Assembly (NCBI GenBank): GCA_951406725.2
Contig: OX597840.1
Coordinates: 17,918,001-17,982,000, forward strand
Length of the DNA: 64,000 bases
DNA from: Octopus vulgaris
Lineage: Eukaryota
Reading direction: 5' to 3'
Positions 39,401-53,050 of this stretch are shown here, in pieces. The position numbers were made by a program, and so were the translations under genes. The notes under the pieces are model-generated. The model saw nothing but the letters and a program-made list of their open reading frames with translations. It was not told the origin of the DNA and ran no database searches. Every line of letters starts with the position of its first letter. The first letter of the stretch is position 1.

Positions 39401-40323
39401 TTATGATCAAGAACATTCCAACCATAGCCATCCCATCTTTTTCATATATATAAAGAAATTAGATCCGCATTATCCGACGCGATTTCCTTTTTGTTAATCA
39501 AGATGTTATGGTATGCTTGATGGAAGATTTAGCTAGTATTTCTAGCAAGCAAATCGACTCTGAAGAGGCCCTGCAACTTCTTAACGGTGAGTTGTTTCGG
39601 TAAAAATATTACTTAAGTTTAAAGTTCACCAAACGGAATGAATTAATATGCCTTTTGATTAATTAAGAACTTAATTACCTGTTATTTGAGGGGTTGGTCG
39701 GGAGTGAATAGGGGATGTTGTTGAAGATGGGACTGTATATAGGGGATGTTGTTGAGAGGGAAGTGAAAGCAGGGGTTTTGATTTAAGGAAATGAAGTCAT
39801 GTGCCAACAGCGGGGTACCAACTCGTCATTTTGAAACTCGCCCACGGAATTCAAAGAAGATCACAAACAACGGCGATTCTGGGTCCCCCCATATTTTATT
39901 TTATGTTACTTTTATTTTAATTTATTTTATTTCTCACCCAACGACGGCATCACTGTTGTCAAATGCAAGAATTATTAATTGGGGCCCGAGAAAAACCCCG
40001 CCGACTGTGATGAAGCTGGCGCCAAATTCTGTTTTCGTTTCGAAATAAACATAAGAAATAAACATAGGAACTCACACACACAAACACGTAAGAGCAAGTA
40101 TATATAGACTAATGTCCCCCACACATACACATGGACAAACAGACACACACACACAAACACTCACACACATATTACATTATACGTATACGTATAAGTATAG
40201 GCATCCACAAAGATTCCCATATCTATCTATGAATCTATCGGTTTTATACACACACGCAGAGGAAGTTACATGCATGCATATACACATACATACACACATA
40301 TACGTGTGAGAATGTGGCAGATG

Positions 40324-40416
<93 letters not shown>

Positions 40417-40521
40417 ATAGATAGGTAGATAGATAGATAAGTTTCTTTATTAGCCACACAGGGCTTGGTAGATAGATAGATTGGTAGATAGATAGATAGA
40501 CAGATAGATAGATTGATATAC

Positions 40522-40590
<69 letters not shown>

Positions 40591-40602
40591 GATAGATAGA
40601 TG

Positions 40603-40699
<97 letters not shown>

Positions 40700-41064
40700 G
40701 TAGATAAAGAGAGAGAGATAGGTAGGTAGGTATTCAAATGTTTGCCCAACATCACAAAACTTGTGATGATTGACCGAATCGTGTTTTCATCTGATTACCG
40801 CTGACGACCATTACAGATGAAAAGAAGAGTGAATGCACAGACCGAACCAATTTCATCAGTAATTATGGCACTTGAAAGCACACACACACACACATATACA
40901 CAGGCGCTCACAAATACCCCTTGTGATCCTTCAAGCAATAAAAGATGACAGACCGCACGTAGCTATTGAGTTTGAATAGTCACAGAATAATTTGCTTCGA
41001 ATGAATATTTGTCATACATACATACATACACACATGCATACATGTATGTATGTGTATGTATGTA

Positions 41065-41110
<46 letters not shown>

Positions 41111-41436
41111 CACATAAGTATATATACATATATGTATATATATTATCATCCTCATCATCGTTTAACGTCCGTTTTCCATGCTGGCATGGGTTGGACGGTT
41201 CAACTGGGGTCTGGGAAGCCAGGAGGCTGCACCTGGCCCCAATCTGACCTGGCAGTATTTCTACAGCTGGATGCCCTTCCTAACGCCAACCACTCCAAGA
41301 GAGTAGAGGGTGCTTTTTACATGTCACAATCAGATGCCGCAATTAGGAGGCCAAATGTTCTTAATAATTGTATATATATATCTATATATATATATGTATG
41401 TATGTATATATGTATGTATATACATACATTCAAAAT

Positions 41437-41636
41437 GTGACCGCGTGTGTACCGTTGGCGATTTTTTTCCTCTGTCTTCCCTTCTCTGGATCTTTCCTTC
41501 TATGTTTCTGACGAAGAGCTCCGCTTGAAACATTAAACCCTCCTTCTTTCCTTCTTTCCTGAGCGTCCAATAATACTATATTTGTTCCACGTCCTCGCGG
41601 TGTTGTGTTTTTTTGTGCTTTCATGTTTGGATTTAC
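41437..41636 (+). mobile_element. H1 hammerhead-bearing element
   Basis: Motif at 41504-41538: GTTT-CTGACGA-A-GAGC TCC GCTT-GAAA-CA-TT-AAAC. Confidence 0.8.
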
Positions 41637-41856
41637 TTTACATACATATATATATATATTACAGAGATGTACTTGCATAGCAAGTGACCTGATCTGAGAT
41701 TGTGTGCTGGAACGAAAACAATTGCAGCGCGGAAGGTGTTTATAAGTCATTTAAGAAACACACAAAATCCGTTAGATTCACTTCAACAATTAAATTTAAT
41801 TTGTCAAAATATTTTCGTTGCTTTGTGACCACGACCAGTTCACTGACAAAATATAT

Positions 41857-42173
41857 ATTTGTTTCATTGGTCCTTTCAATTAACGATCTTAAGCATACAA
41901 TGAACAAAATAAACAAATTCATCCTATTATAAATTATAAATTCATCCTATTATAAAAATCAAGGAAAACCTTAAATCAAAGAGTGGATTCAAAATACAAT
42001 TATTTGTATTAATTGTATTATATTTCGTTTAAAATTATTTGCAGTATGTATTTTGAATCCACCCTTTGATTTAAGGTTTTCCTCGATTTTTATAATAGGA
42101 TGAATTTATATTAAATTAATTTATTTTGTTTATTTTGTTCATTGCATTGATTGAAAGGACCAATGAAACAAAT
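41857..42173. repeat. Inverted repeat flanked by degenerate hammerhead-like motifs (41800-41850 on -, 42242-42279 on +)
   Basis: Arms at ~41857-41998 and 42047-42173. The + motif reads CTGT-CCGGCAA-ACG GGAA CGT-GAAA-CTC T GAG-TA-ACAG. Confidence 0.75.
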
Positions 42174-42398
42174 CCATTTTAAAGGAGTATCCTTTAACTA
42201 GTTTTGATCATATCATTATTTCTGTTCTATTTTAATAAAAACTGTCCGGCAAACGGGAACGTGAAACTCTGAGTAACAGCTTTTGTTATATTTCTGATGC
42301 TTTTAAATTAAGCATATTACTCTACCTCTGGCATTTGAGTACTCTTTTTTTCCACCTTGTTTCACATTTATGTGCTTACTCCGGTATATATATATATA

Positions 42399-43210
42399 GG
42401 CGCAGGAGTGGCTGTGTGGTAAGTAGCTTGCTAACCAACCACATGGTTCCGGGTTCAGTCCCACTGCGTGGCACCTTGGGCAAGTGTCTTCTACTATAAC
42501 CTCAGGCCGACCAAAGCCTTGTGAGTGGATTTGGAAGACGGAAACTCAAAGAAGCCTGTCGTATATATGTATATATATATGTGTGCGTGTGTGTTTGTGT
42601 TTGTCTCCCTAACATTGCTTGACAACCGATGCTGGTGTGTTTATGTCCCCGTCACTTAGCGGTTCGGCAAAAAGAGACCGATAGAATAAGTACTGGGCTT
42701 ACAAAGAATAAGTCCCAGGGTCGAGTTGCTCGATTAAAGGCGGTGCTCCAGCATGGCCACAGTCAAATGACTGAAACAAGTAAAAAAGAAAAAAAAGAGA
42801 AAAAGAGATATACACACACTCATTTTATCTTTTACTCCAGTCCTTTGACTGCAGCCATGCCAAGGTACTATCTTGAAGGGTTTTAGTCAAACAAATCAAT
42901 CCTGGCAGTTATTTTTAAGTCTAGTACTTATTCTATCAGTACTTTTGTTGAACTGCTAAGTTACAGGGACATAAACACGCCAACATCTGTTGTCAAGCTG
43001 TGGTAGGTAACAAACTCAAACACAAGCACACACACACACACACACACACATATACAATGGGCTTCTTTCAGTTTCTGTCTCCCAGACCTACTAACAAGGC
43101 TTTGGTCGCTCCAAGGCTATAGTAGAAAGCATTTCCTTAAGGTGCCATGCAGAAGAACTGAACCCAGAACCATGAAGTTCAGTAGCAAACTTCTTACACA
43201 CCATATACAT
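42399..43210. mobile_element. Tail-to-tail family A SINE pair (42399-42790 on +, 42830-43210 on -)
   Basis: Family motifs. Confidence 0.85.
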
Positions 43211-43630
43211 TCATGCATATATATCATCATCATCATCATCATCATCATCATCGTCATCCAGTTTTTTAGATCTGGGTTTTTCCCCATTAACGGGGTTGGC
43301 CAGATCTACCTCAATGCCAAAGCAACCGAGGTTGGCAGGTTCAGCCCACCCCAACCTTTGGGCTGACTGGTGCCCATTGTCCCTTGCTATCATGAGGCTT
43401 TTTTGGAGCTGGATATTCTATGGGAAGCATGCCCTTGCTTACCCGCAACCTCAGTTTCTAGACATGAGTGGTCCTGGGACCAAGGCCTCTACCACGATTT
43501 TTAAGAAATGTGGTGGAAAATTAGCTCAGGAAGGCAGGGACGCTACTCCTTGAGACCTCTCTCAGAGCCCCTTACCCTATATAGATGTACATGTAATATG
43601 TACACATATATATATACATATATATATGCA

Positions 43631-43925
43631 CTAGCACCATGACCCGGCAACGACGGGTCATAATGCTATATATATATAAAAGCATTAACAATCAGACAGC
43701 AAACACATACGTGAGGGATGAGAGTCGAGAATGAGCTTAATTTTAAAATATATAAATGCATGAATGTAATTCTTTTCCCAAATAAACTGCACTTAATATT
43801 TGAGGCTCTGATGAAGTTATGTGGTGTTACTCAGGCCCTCAACTATGAGCCCACTGCACTTCTGGCAGAAACAACTGTAAGCTAATGAAGTTCATTTATT
43901 CCTTTGTCATCTCGTTTTCTTCTAC
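43631..43925 (-). mobile_element. Helitron 3' end
   Basis: Terminal hairpin ATGACCCG-TCGTTGC-CGGGTCAT followed by CTAG; a possible decayed helicase 'LFLPE...AH' remnant lies upstream. Confidence 0.6.
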
Positions 43926-43931
43926 AAAATA

Positions 43932-45128
43932 CAGGTTGTGTAAGAGATTTGAGGACAGATTTATGTTTATAAAAAACAGATAGATAATAACAAATAATAA
44001 CTTTATTTATCAAAAAATTATATGAAGATAAAAATAAACCTTCTTTTCTATAATGTTATTCAATAAAGCCACCTTCAGCTTCAACAACTGCTTCTGTATG
44101 AGATCTAAATCATCTACATGTTCGAATAAAGTGGTCCTGGTTCATTTTGGACATTACTCTGACTATGGCAGCTTTCAAAGAATCTTTGGTATTATGGGCG
44201 AGTTCATTGACCTCTCTCTCTCTCATCAACGCTCCACATGTAATAGTCCAATGATCTGAGATGTTAGGTGTTATGTGGTCATGAAAATTTTCAGCCATCT
44301 ATTCTTGTGTTATTAGAGCCATGTGTAATAGTGCAGAGTCTTACTGAAACACATACGGCCTTCCATTGCATATGCTGTCTATCCAGGGCTTAACAATTAT
44401 TTCCAGGACCTCAGTGAAGACGGCAGAGTTAACTCTAAGGCTTTGTGGAAAGAAGTAAGGAGGCATCACATGTCCTTTATTGCTGACAACCCCTAAAACC
44501 ATGACTGTTGCAGGAAATTTTGTATGCATAACATTTAGAACTTCAGAAGGGTTATTTCTTCTGTCATTTCTTCTGTTAACTTTTTGATCTTGGTCGAAGT
44601 TTTTCTCTCTTCTTGTTTAAGAGCCTTTTAGATCTGATGTAGTAATTTTCGTTTGCTTTTTCCGACAAAATGACCTTTTCTCATCCTATAAGACTTATAT
44701 TTGTCATCTTCGTGGACAACAATTCTGACTGTTCCTTCTGACAAATGGAGATCTTTTGCAATTGACCTCATGGACTTTCTGGGATTGTAATCAATGATCT
44801 GTTGAACTTGCTGGATAAATTCATTGTTCTGATGATTTCAGAGCGTTTAGAATGCTTTTTATGTTTTGACACTGGTGATAAATTTCCATCTTCAGTCTCT
44901 AGCACCTTATAAATTTTGTAGACGAAAGATCTGGCAATTTTAAAAATCAAGATATTTCTAATTCGCTATGCTCAGCCTTTATAACCACAGTAACAGCATG
45001 CCTCTTCATTTCTTGAGTAAGATGAGGATCTGCCATTATTATTTTCTGAAACAAAGATTATACAGAGTTAGCAAGAAATGCAGCAATGACCCCAGAAAGG
45101 TATGTCCTCAGATCCCTTATACACCCTG
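43932..45128 (-). mobile_element. Full-length decayed Tc1/mariner superfamily transposon (maT/DD37D-like)
   Basis: TA-flanked TIRs CAGGTTGTGTAAGAGATTTGAGGACA / TGTCCTCAGATCCCTTATACACCCTG. Transposase remnants TKFPATVMVLGVVS...KPWI...PYVFQ*DSA contain stops and frameshifts. Confidence 0.85.
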
Positions 45129-45904
45129 TAGATACAATATGTGTGCACAAACATTGATATATGTTGTGATGCTGTTTGTAGCCAAATGACTAATGTTTGT
45201 TGGTCAGTGGAACAGCTGTAGATCTGTTGGGCTCTTCATCTCACATGGATGTGGATGTGTGTATGCGTGTGAAAGAGTATTTGTGTTTGAATGTTGTGTG
45301 TGTTGTGTGTGTGTGTTTGATTGTTTCTGGACTGTATGTTTATGTATGTGTTTTTGTATATGTGTGTTTTTATGTATGTCCGTGTATCTATGTACGTGTA
45401 TCTGCATTTGTGTGTGTGTGTGTGTGTGTGTGTTTGAAAGTTTGTGGGTGTGAATGTGTTTGAATGTATGTATGCATGTGTTTGAGTGTGTGTATGTATA
45501 TGTGTGTATTTGTGTGGGTATATGTGTGGCTGCTTGTATTTGTATCTGTATGTGTATGTGTATATATATGTGTTGTGTATGTGTGTATGTCTTATCTCCC
45601 CAGACAAAACTACTTCATTTTCTTAGTTTTTTGTTTTTTTTGTTTCTTGTGGTACTTCATGTAAATTCTTTTACCAATAGAATGGAATTAGAATGGTAAG
45701 TATTTCCTCTGCGTTTCTCAAGTACTTCTCACACATTCTTCTTTTATTCCATTACGGTTAAAAAGTTCCTTATCTCTAAATACTCAAACAGCATATTTTT
45801 GTCATTGTTGTTGTTGTAACCTGTTAATATTTGCCAATATCGAAGGGGATGATCCAGCAGAATTGTTAGCACACCAGGCAGATTCCTTAATGGCATTTCT
45901 TCTA

Positions 45905-46655
45905 TACTCTTTTACTCTTTTACTTGTTTCAATAATTTGACTGTGGCCATGCTGGAGCAGTGCCTTTAGTCGAGCAAATCGACACCCAGGACTTATTCCT
46001 TGTAAGCCTAGTACTTATTCTATTGGTCTCTTTTGCCGAACCGCTAAGCTACAGGGATGTAAACACACCAGCATCGGTTGTCAAGCGAAGTTGGGGGGAC
46101 AGACACAGACACACAAGCATACACACACACACACACACTCACACATACACATATATATATACATATATACGACAGGCTTCTTTTAGTTTCCATCTACCAA
46201 ATCCACTCACAAGGTTGGCCCAAGGCAATAGTAGTAACATTTCATCCACTTTCACATTCTGTGTTCAAGTTTCACCGAAGTTGACTTTGCCTTTCATCCT
46301 TAAGGGAGTCGATAAAATAAGTACCAGTTACATACTGGGGTCAATGTAATCATCATATCCCCAACTGCTGGCCTTGTACCAAAATTGTTGTTGTTGATGA
46401 TGATGATGATGATGATGCTGTTGTTGTTGCTATTGCTAAAAGGGGGTGAGCTGGCAGAATCGTTGGCACATCAGACGATATGTTTAACAGCATTTTCTCT
46501 GAATCTTGACATTATGAGTTCAAATCCTGATGAAGTCAACTTTGCCTTTCATCGTTTGGGGATTGATAAAATAAAATAGCAGTCAGGTATAGGGATTTGT
46601 GTAATTGAATTTCCCCTTCCCTCTCAAAATTGCTGACCTTGTGCCAAAATTAGAA
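45905..46655. mobile_element. Family A SINE (-, 45905-46225) and Nin-like SINE copies (+)
   Basis: Family motifs. Confidence 0.75.
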
Positions 46656-46995
46656 ATATTTAGTATTGATGCTGTATATATACTACAACTACTACTACTA
46701 CTACTACTACTAATACTACTACTACTACTATTACTACTACTACTACTATTACTACTACCACCACCACTACAACCACCACTACAACCACCACTACTACTAC
46801 TACCACCACTACTACTACTACCACCACTACCACTACTACTATTACACACACTACTTCTACTACTACTACTACTACTACTATCATCACACCTCTACCGCCA
46901 CTACCACCTCCACCACCACCACCACCACCACTACTACTACTACCACCATCACTACCATTTTTACTGCTACTACTACTATCCTCATTTCGTTGCAG

Positions 46996-47232
46996 ATATC
47001 TGGAATTACTGTTTGCAAGATGTGTGCGGTGGATCATCAAAGACCCTGGTATGTGATGAGGGGTCCATCATCCTTATCTACAACGTCCAAAAGGCTACAA
47101 ACAGTGCTTTTCAGAACCGATCGTTTCAAAACTTCCGAAACAGCTGTATGGGCCGGAAAGAGTGTCAGCTGAACAACATTTGCCCGGACAATAAGAGCAT
47201 TCGGCTAAAAGTCACTTATACTTGTGTCAAAG
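46996..47232 (+). CDS. Receptor gene exon A: divergent SUEL/galactose-rhamnose-lectin-like domain
   Basis: ttgcag|...AAAG|gttagg, 237 nt, phase 1-1. Translation IWNYCLQDVCGGSSKTLVCDEGSIILIYNV...NSCMGRKECQLNNICPDNKSIRLKVTYTCVK matches the SUEL pattern C..G..I.I / C.GR..C / CP....L.V.Y.C. Confidence 0.85.
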
Positions 47233-47448
47233 GTTAGGATGACCTTTACATTTCACTAATTCCAAATACAGAGAGAGGAGAGGAAAAGAGTGTAAGAGAG
47301 AGAGAAATAAAGAGAGGCAGAGAGAAAGAAATAAAGAGAGAGAGAGAGAGAAAGACCAAGAGAGTGTGAGAGATAAAGAGGGAGGGAGAGAGAAGTAATT
47401 ATGTATGAATATGCTGTAGTATTATTTTCTCTTTCTTTGTATTTTCAG

Positions 47449-47817
47449 AAACCCAAAGAATAAAATCTTGCAGCCAAAGTGAACTCTCGAAACCAAAGGG
47501 CTTCATCCAGAATGAGAAATATCCTTCCATGTCTATCATTGGAGTTTGCCAATGGAAAATCCATGTTCCTCAGGAGTCTTTCATTATACTGCGTCTTCAT
47601 GATGTCATGCTTCAGCAACCATCGAAAGGGGCTTGTGCAGTTGGCTTAAGGATAGTCACTGAGAGACCATGTGAAGGCCACAACTTCACCAGTGAAATTA
47701 TTTGTAGAAGCAAACAGAGTTTTCAATCCAGATATTTTCTCGCCTGTGGTAATGTGACTGTGATGCAGGTCAGCAACACAGAAATGCACCGTTTTCGGTT
47801 TTGGATTTCTTATGAAG
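47449..47817 (+). CDS. Receptor gene exon B: CUB domain
   Basis: ttttcag|...GAAG|gtaaca, 369 nt, phase 1-1. Translation SCSQSELSKPKGFIQNEKYPS...CQWKIHVPQESFIILRLHDVML...C...LRI...IC...GNVTV...RFRFWISYE. Confidence 0.9.
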
Positions 47818-47835
47818 GTAACATGTTTCTCTTAT

Positions 47836-47874
47836 TCTTTTCTGTTGAAGAGCATAGGCTCGAAATGTAAAAGA
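47836..47874 (+). ncRNA. Minimal hammerhead-like motif (core variant CTGTTGA) in a short H1-related element at ~47825-47941
   Basis: TCTTTT-CTGTTGA-A-GAGC ATAG GCTC-GAAA-TG-TA-AAAGA. Confidence 0.5.
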
Positions 47875-47973
47875 CTTTTTCATTTTCCTGAGTGTTGTTC
47901 ATACACCTGTTTTCATATTTTGTTTTTCTATAAACTTCAACTATATGTATATATACATATACGTATATATATA

Positions 47974-48485
47974 TCTATATATATAAAACTGTAGTTGTGT
48001 GAGTGTCTGTCCCCTTCGATTTAGATTCCTAACTACTCCCACATTTTGCGGTGCAGTTTAACCAAATTCGGGTATCTTATAGTCGTGATTCATATCAAGC
48101 CCGTCTGAGTATTAGCGCGTGTCTACGATGAGTCTACGATTTTAAAAATAATTTAACATCATTTTTTATTCCATTTTAATGCATAATTTTTCGTGTGTCG
48201 ATGGTGGCGGAGTTGGTGTCCATGGTCACACCTGCACCTGTTTGCTTCTCCCCCTTCTTCCCTCCCTCGTGAAGCTGTGGGGAAGGGAGTGTAAGGAAAT
48301 CAACGTCGTAAAGCATTGTCAAGGAGACCAGCGTTCTTTTAGAACAATGACTTCATGGCTTGAAGACACCAAAACAGAAATGGCTAAGAAAGCCCGAATT
48401 GGCATCTATAAGGGAAGTAACTCTCTAAAAATGCTTATATAGTTATTTCCCTTACAAACCCGAACAACGCCGGGCGATACTGCTA

Positions 48486-48486
<1 letters not shown>
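47974..48486 (+). mobile_element. Non-autonomous Helitron
   Basis: 5' TCTATATATATAAAA, 3' CCCG-AACAACGC-CGGG hairpin + CTAG, inserted between A and T. Confidence 0.75.
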
Positions 48487-48532
<46 letters not shown>

Positions 48533-48746
48533 CAAAATAAGCAACAAGGATATCCAGAGCAACTCCATTTAATTGAACAATGCAATCATTACATCAATTT
48601 AAATGCTCTTGTTGTTTATTTTGATTTTAATTACCTTACTTTGAAATTGTATGGATAATACCGTACTAAGTTCTGGTGCCTCAACTTAAGTACCATATTA
48701 ATCTGAATCTATCTATCTATCTATCTATAAATATATATATATTATA

Positions 48747-49325
48747 CACAGACATGCAGAAGTAAATAGACACCTTTCATTTTTCAAAATCTTTTATTTG
48801 ATATTAATTGGTTGAAGGAGAGGTTTTCTTCTAGCTGCTCGTCCATAATACCCAAGCTTATGCAGATATTTAACACACGTTCTTGGACTAACTTCTAGCT
48901 GTTTTGCAATGCCAGAAGCCTTCAAACAGGGTTCGTTTTCCACAATTCTTTTCAAACAGTGAAGCTTCCTTTCTGAGGGCCCAGGTCGGCTGGGATGAGA
49001 ATCTGTTGATTCTTTTCCTTGGCTTTTGAATTGCACTATAATTCTATTAACAGTAGCAAGAGGAATTTGAAGATTTTCGGCAATTTTTCCCTGGCTAAGA
49101 CCAGCGTCAGATTGCCCAACAATACGACCTCTTTGAAAATCTGACAGTTGTGCTGAATTTTTTGTGCAAGGCATGGTTACTCTTTCACAAATGTTTAATA
49201 TCATGGCACCTGGAATGGAAAAGAATAATTACATTGTAAATTCTACTCCACTGAAAACATATTAAGACGCTTAGATCAGAAATTTTGACAATTAAATGTG
49301 TCTATTTACTTCCTGTGTGTCTGTG
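48747..49325 (-). mobile_element. Internally deleted Tc1-like transposon retaining an intact N-terminal HTH ORF (48794-49204)
   Basis: TIRs CACAGACATGCAGAAGTAAATAGACAC / GTGTCTATTTACTTCCTGTGTGTCTGTG; protein [12 protein letters not shown]...GLSQGKIA...[13 protein letters not shown]. Confidence 0.85.
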
Positions 49326-49369
49326 TGTGTATTTGCTTTGAAGACATGAAATCATGTGTTGAAACAAAC

Positions 49370-49693
49370 ATTGTTATATTTCAGGTTGGTCTTTTTTTTT
49401 GCCAAATAAACACATTCAGTATATATTGATTCTTCTATATTGTTTGTTATTGTTCTTATACTATCTTATGTTTATTGTCTGGAAATCTTTCATCACATAT
49501 ATTTGATTTCTTTAGTGAACCTTTCCATCCACATGTATCCTGCTACTGGAGGATCACTGTTGAGGTCACAGACGTGTGACGAAAGATTTCCAAACAATGG
49601 ACATAAGATGAAATAAGAACAATAATAAACGAGTATATAGTGTGTGTGTGTTTATTTGGCAAGAAAAATATTACCATCCCAAAATATAACAAT
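49370..49693. repeat. Diverged inverted repeat (49370-49497 / 49575-49693)
   Basis: TTGCCAAATAAACAC / GTGTTTATTTGGCAA and TGGAAATCTTT / AAAGATTTCCA. Confidence 0.7.
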
Positions 49694-50062
49694 ATATATA
49701 TAATGTAATTATACTTCAAAAAGTAGAAAAACACTCAGTTAATTAAGAGAGTAAAGATAATCTTAAATTAAAAATCACAAATTATAGCTACTCAGAGTTT
49801 TCAGGTCAAAATAATTATCAAGCTGAAAGCAAGACCATTTGTCAGTTGTCTTTTGAGCTGATAACATTTAAAGAAGAAATAATTGGAGGAATAAGTTATC
49901 AGCTTGATTAAAAAGTAAGCAACATTTTGAACCATGAAGAATTTGTACTGGATTTTTGCAGATTTTGAATTTTTTAAAAATTATATTTTTGAAATTTTCT
50001 GATAATGCAGTCATAGACTTGCCCAAATGCATCAATAAATTAACATTGATATTTCGTCTGAA

Positions 50063-50685
50063 ATGGAACTGTCAAAGTACGATATTTGGGCGATTTTGCT
50101 ATTCAACTTCAAAAAAGGACGTAAAGCAGCTGAAACTGCTCCCGATATCAATGAAATGTTTGGTGAGGAAATGACCAGTGAGGGGTCAGCTTGAAAATGG
50201 TTTAAACGATTTCGCAGTGGATACCTGAGCCTTGAAGATTGTGAGCATAGTGGACACGCATCTGTCATTGACAACAATCAATTAAAGACCGTCATCAAGA
50301 AAGATCCACGTAAAACCACTCAAGAACTGGCAAAAGAACTTCTAGTTAGCCAGAAAACTGCCTGCAACCATTTGCATGCCATCAGAAAATCAAATAAGCT
50401 TGACAAATGGGTACCGCATGATTTGAATCAAAATCAGAAAATGCGCAGATATGAAATTTGCTCGTTGCTTCTTCTCTGTAACCAGATCGATCCATTTCAA
50501 GACTGTATTGTAACTTGCAGTGAAAAGTGGATTCTGTACAATAATAAAAAATATTCTTTGCAGTGGTTGGACCAAAATGAAGCACCAAAAACCTTCCCTA
50601 AACCCGAGCTCTTCAAAAAGAAGGTTATGGTGACTGTTTGGTGGTGTACTGCTGGACTTATCCACTATAATTTCTTAAAACCTGA
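50063..50685 (+). pseudogene. Mariner (DD34D) transposase pseudogene, 3' truncated
   Basis: MELSK...FKKGRKAAETA...*KWFKRFRSG...KWVPHDL...IVTCSEKWILY...KKVMVTVWW, with an in-frame stop. Confidence 0.9.
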
Positions 50686-50792
50686 GCATGTTGACTAAAG
50701 AATAATTTTTTTATAGAATTATTATCCTTACCATCATCATTTAATGTCACACTACTTCACATAAAAAATCTTGCACAACAAATACTTAAACG

Positions 50793-50825
<33 letters not shown>

Positions 50826-51125
50826 GTATATACGCACATATGTAAATGTTGAACTATGAAAATGCATTCTCAATGCCACATTTGTGATTGGAGATTCTTT
50901 ATTTGTCTATTAAGGCTACCATTGGTTTCATCTTAATATCTTAACAATTTTTCAAATTGATCACATGGAGGAATGGTGTTTGTCTCCATTTTGGATAAAA
51001 ACATGTGTGTGTGTTTGTGTTTGTGTGTGTGTGGACTGGCTTATTCATTTTTTTGTTTACCTTTTTATAGTCTTATTTGCCTATTGGTATACCTAATCAT
51101 TTTTTTATTTATTGTTTGTTCACAG

Positions 51126-51302
51126 TACAGACATTTGCCGCTAATAAGCTGTCCTATCTTTATGATAAAAATCTAAACTGCATCGACTCTAAAGTAGGGT
51201 ACCAGACCTGGAAAGTTGACCAAGTGAACAGCCCTCACCTTAGCCATGTTTCTTCTAACCATTCCATTCTCTCAGAGACAACTAAGTTACCATTCAATGC
51301 AA
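51126..51302 (+). CDS. Receptor gene exon C: stalk
   Basis: ttcacag|...GCAA|gtgagt, 177 nt, phase 1-1, open frame VQTFAANKLSYLYDKNLNCIDSK...LPFNA. Confidence 0.75.
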
Positions 51303-51564
51303 GTGAGTTAACTATTGATTTATATAATGCTGTTGTTGGGTGCGTGTATATGTGTGGGTATGTAAAGCATGTGAGTGTGTGCATGTGTGTGTACGTAGGT
51401 TTTCTTCCACTTTTAATTATTTGAATTCTTCCCCAGAGGAAAGATCTGGCTTCTAACTAAGGTACAAAGCTCCATTGTTAGAATGTCACATTTTGAATTT
51501 CAGAAAAGTCTTGCATATTTTTACTGTTCCACTTACAGATTATAAAATTGTATTTGCAATGTGC

Positions 51565-52685
51565 ATATGTATGTATGTATGTATGCATGTATGTATGTAT
51601 GTATGTATGTATGTATGTATGTATGTATGTATGTATGTATGTATGTATGTATGTATGTATGTATGTATGTATGTATGTATGTATGTATGTATGTATGTAT
51701 GTATGTATGTATGTATGTATGTATGTATGTATGTATGTATTTATTTATTTATGTATGTATGTATGTATGTATGTATTTATGTATTTATGTATGTATGTAT
51801 GTATGTATGTATGTATGTATGTATGTATGTATGTATGTATGTATGTATGTATGTATGTATGTATGTATGTATGTATGTATGTATGTATGTATGTATGTAT
51901 GTATGTATGTATGTATGTATGTATGTATGTATGTATGTATGTATGTATGTATGTATGTATGTATGTATGTATGTATGTATGTATGTATGTATGTATGTAT
52001 GTATGTATGTATTTATGTATTTATGTATGTATGTATGTATGTATGTATGTATGTATGTATTTATGTATTTATGTATGTATGTATGTATGTATGTATGCAT
52101 GCATGTATGTATGTATGTATGTATGTATGTATGTATGTATGTATGTATGTATGTATGTATGTATGTATGTATGTATGTATGTATGTATGTATGTATGTAT
52201 GTATGTATGTATGTATGTATGTATGTATGTATGTATTTATGTATTTATGTATGTATGTATGTATTTATGTATGTATGTATGTATGTATGTATGTATGTAT
52301 GCATGCATGCATGCATGCATGCATGTATGTATGCATGCATGCATGCATGTATGTATGTATGTATGCATGCATGTATGTATGTATGTATGTATGTATGTAT
52401 GCATGCATGCATGCATGCATGTATGTATGTATGCATGCATGTATGTATGTATGTATGTATGCATGCATGTATGTATGTATGTATGTATGTATGTATGTAT
52501 GTATGTATGTATGTATGTATGTATGTATGTATGTATGTATGTATGTATGTATGTATGTATGTATGTATGTATGTATGTATGTATGTATGTATGTATGTAT
52601 GTGTGTATGTATGTATGTATATATGTATGTATATATGTATGTATGTATATATGTATGTATGTATATATGTATGTATGTATGTATG
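51565..52685. repeat. ~1.1-kb (ATGT)n microsatellite with ATGC/ATTT variant blocks
   Basis: Direct inspection. Confidence 0.98.
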
Positions 52686-52963
52686 TGGTATTTTACACAT
52701 TGCTACTTTCTGAGTTCAAATTCCGCTGAGATCAGCTTTGCCTTTCATTCCTTCGGGGTCAATAAATTAAGTACCAGCTGCATACTGGGATTGATATAAT
52801 CAACTACTCCTCCCTCAAAACTTCAGGCCTTGTGCCTATAGTAGAAAGGATTATTATTATTGTTATTGTTGCTGTTACTGATGTGGCAGCCTTCATATCC
52901 TGAGTTCAAATTTCAAGCTGACTTTGCCTTTAATCCTTGCTGGCCTTGTGGCAAAATTTGAAA

Positions 52964-53027
<64 letters not shown>

Positions 53028-53050
53028 CATTATTATTATTATCATTATTA

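Noticed and set aside
39507-39587. Phase-1-compatible first exon (MVCLMEDLASISSK...LN|gtgagt)
   Set aside because: It has no signal peptide and overlaps sequence similar to a dispersed repeat (reverse complement of ~6705-6730).
45604-45695. Signal-peptide-like exon (TKLLHFLSFLFFLFLVVLHVNS) with a strong gtaagt donor
   Set aside because: It ends in phase 2, and joining it to 46996 creates TGA; the other frames also fail. It is not accepted without an intervening exon, so the 5' end remains unresolved.
46605-46995. Poly-Leu/His N-terminal extension of the SUEL exon ORF
   Set aside because: It is SINE plus (CTA/CCA)n microsatellite upstream of a clear acceptor.
51475-52799. ~400-aa ORFs (MYVC repeats) and many IY/TH/VC/poly-I/poly-L ORFs elsewhere
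   Set aside because: They are translations of stop-free microsatellites.
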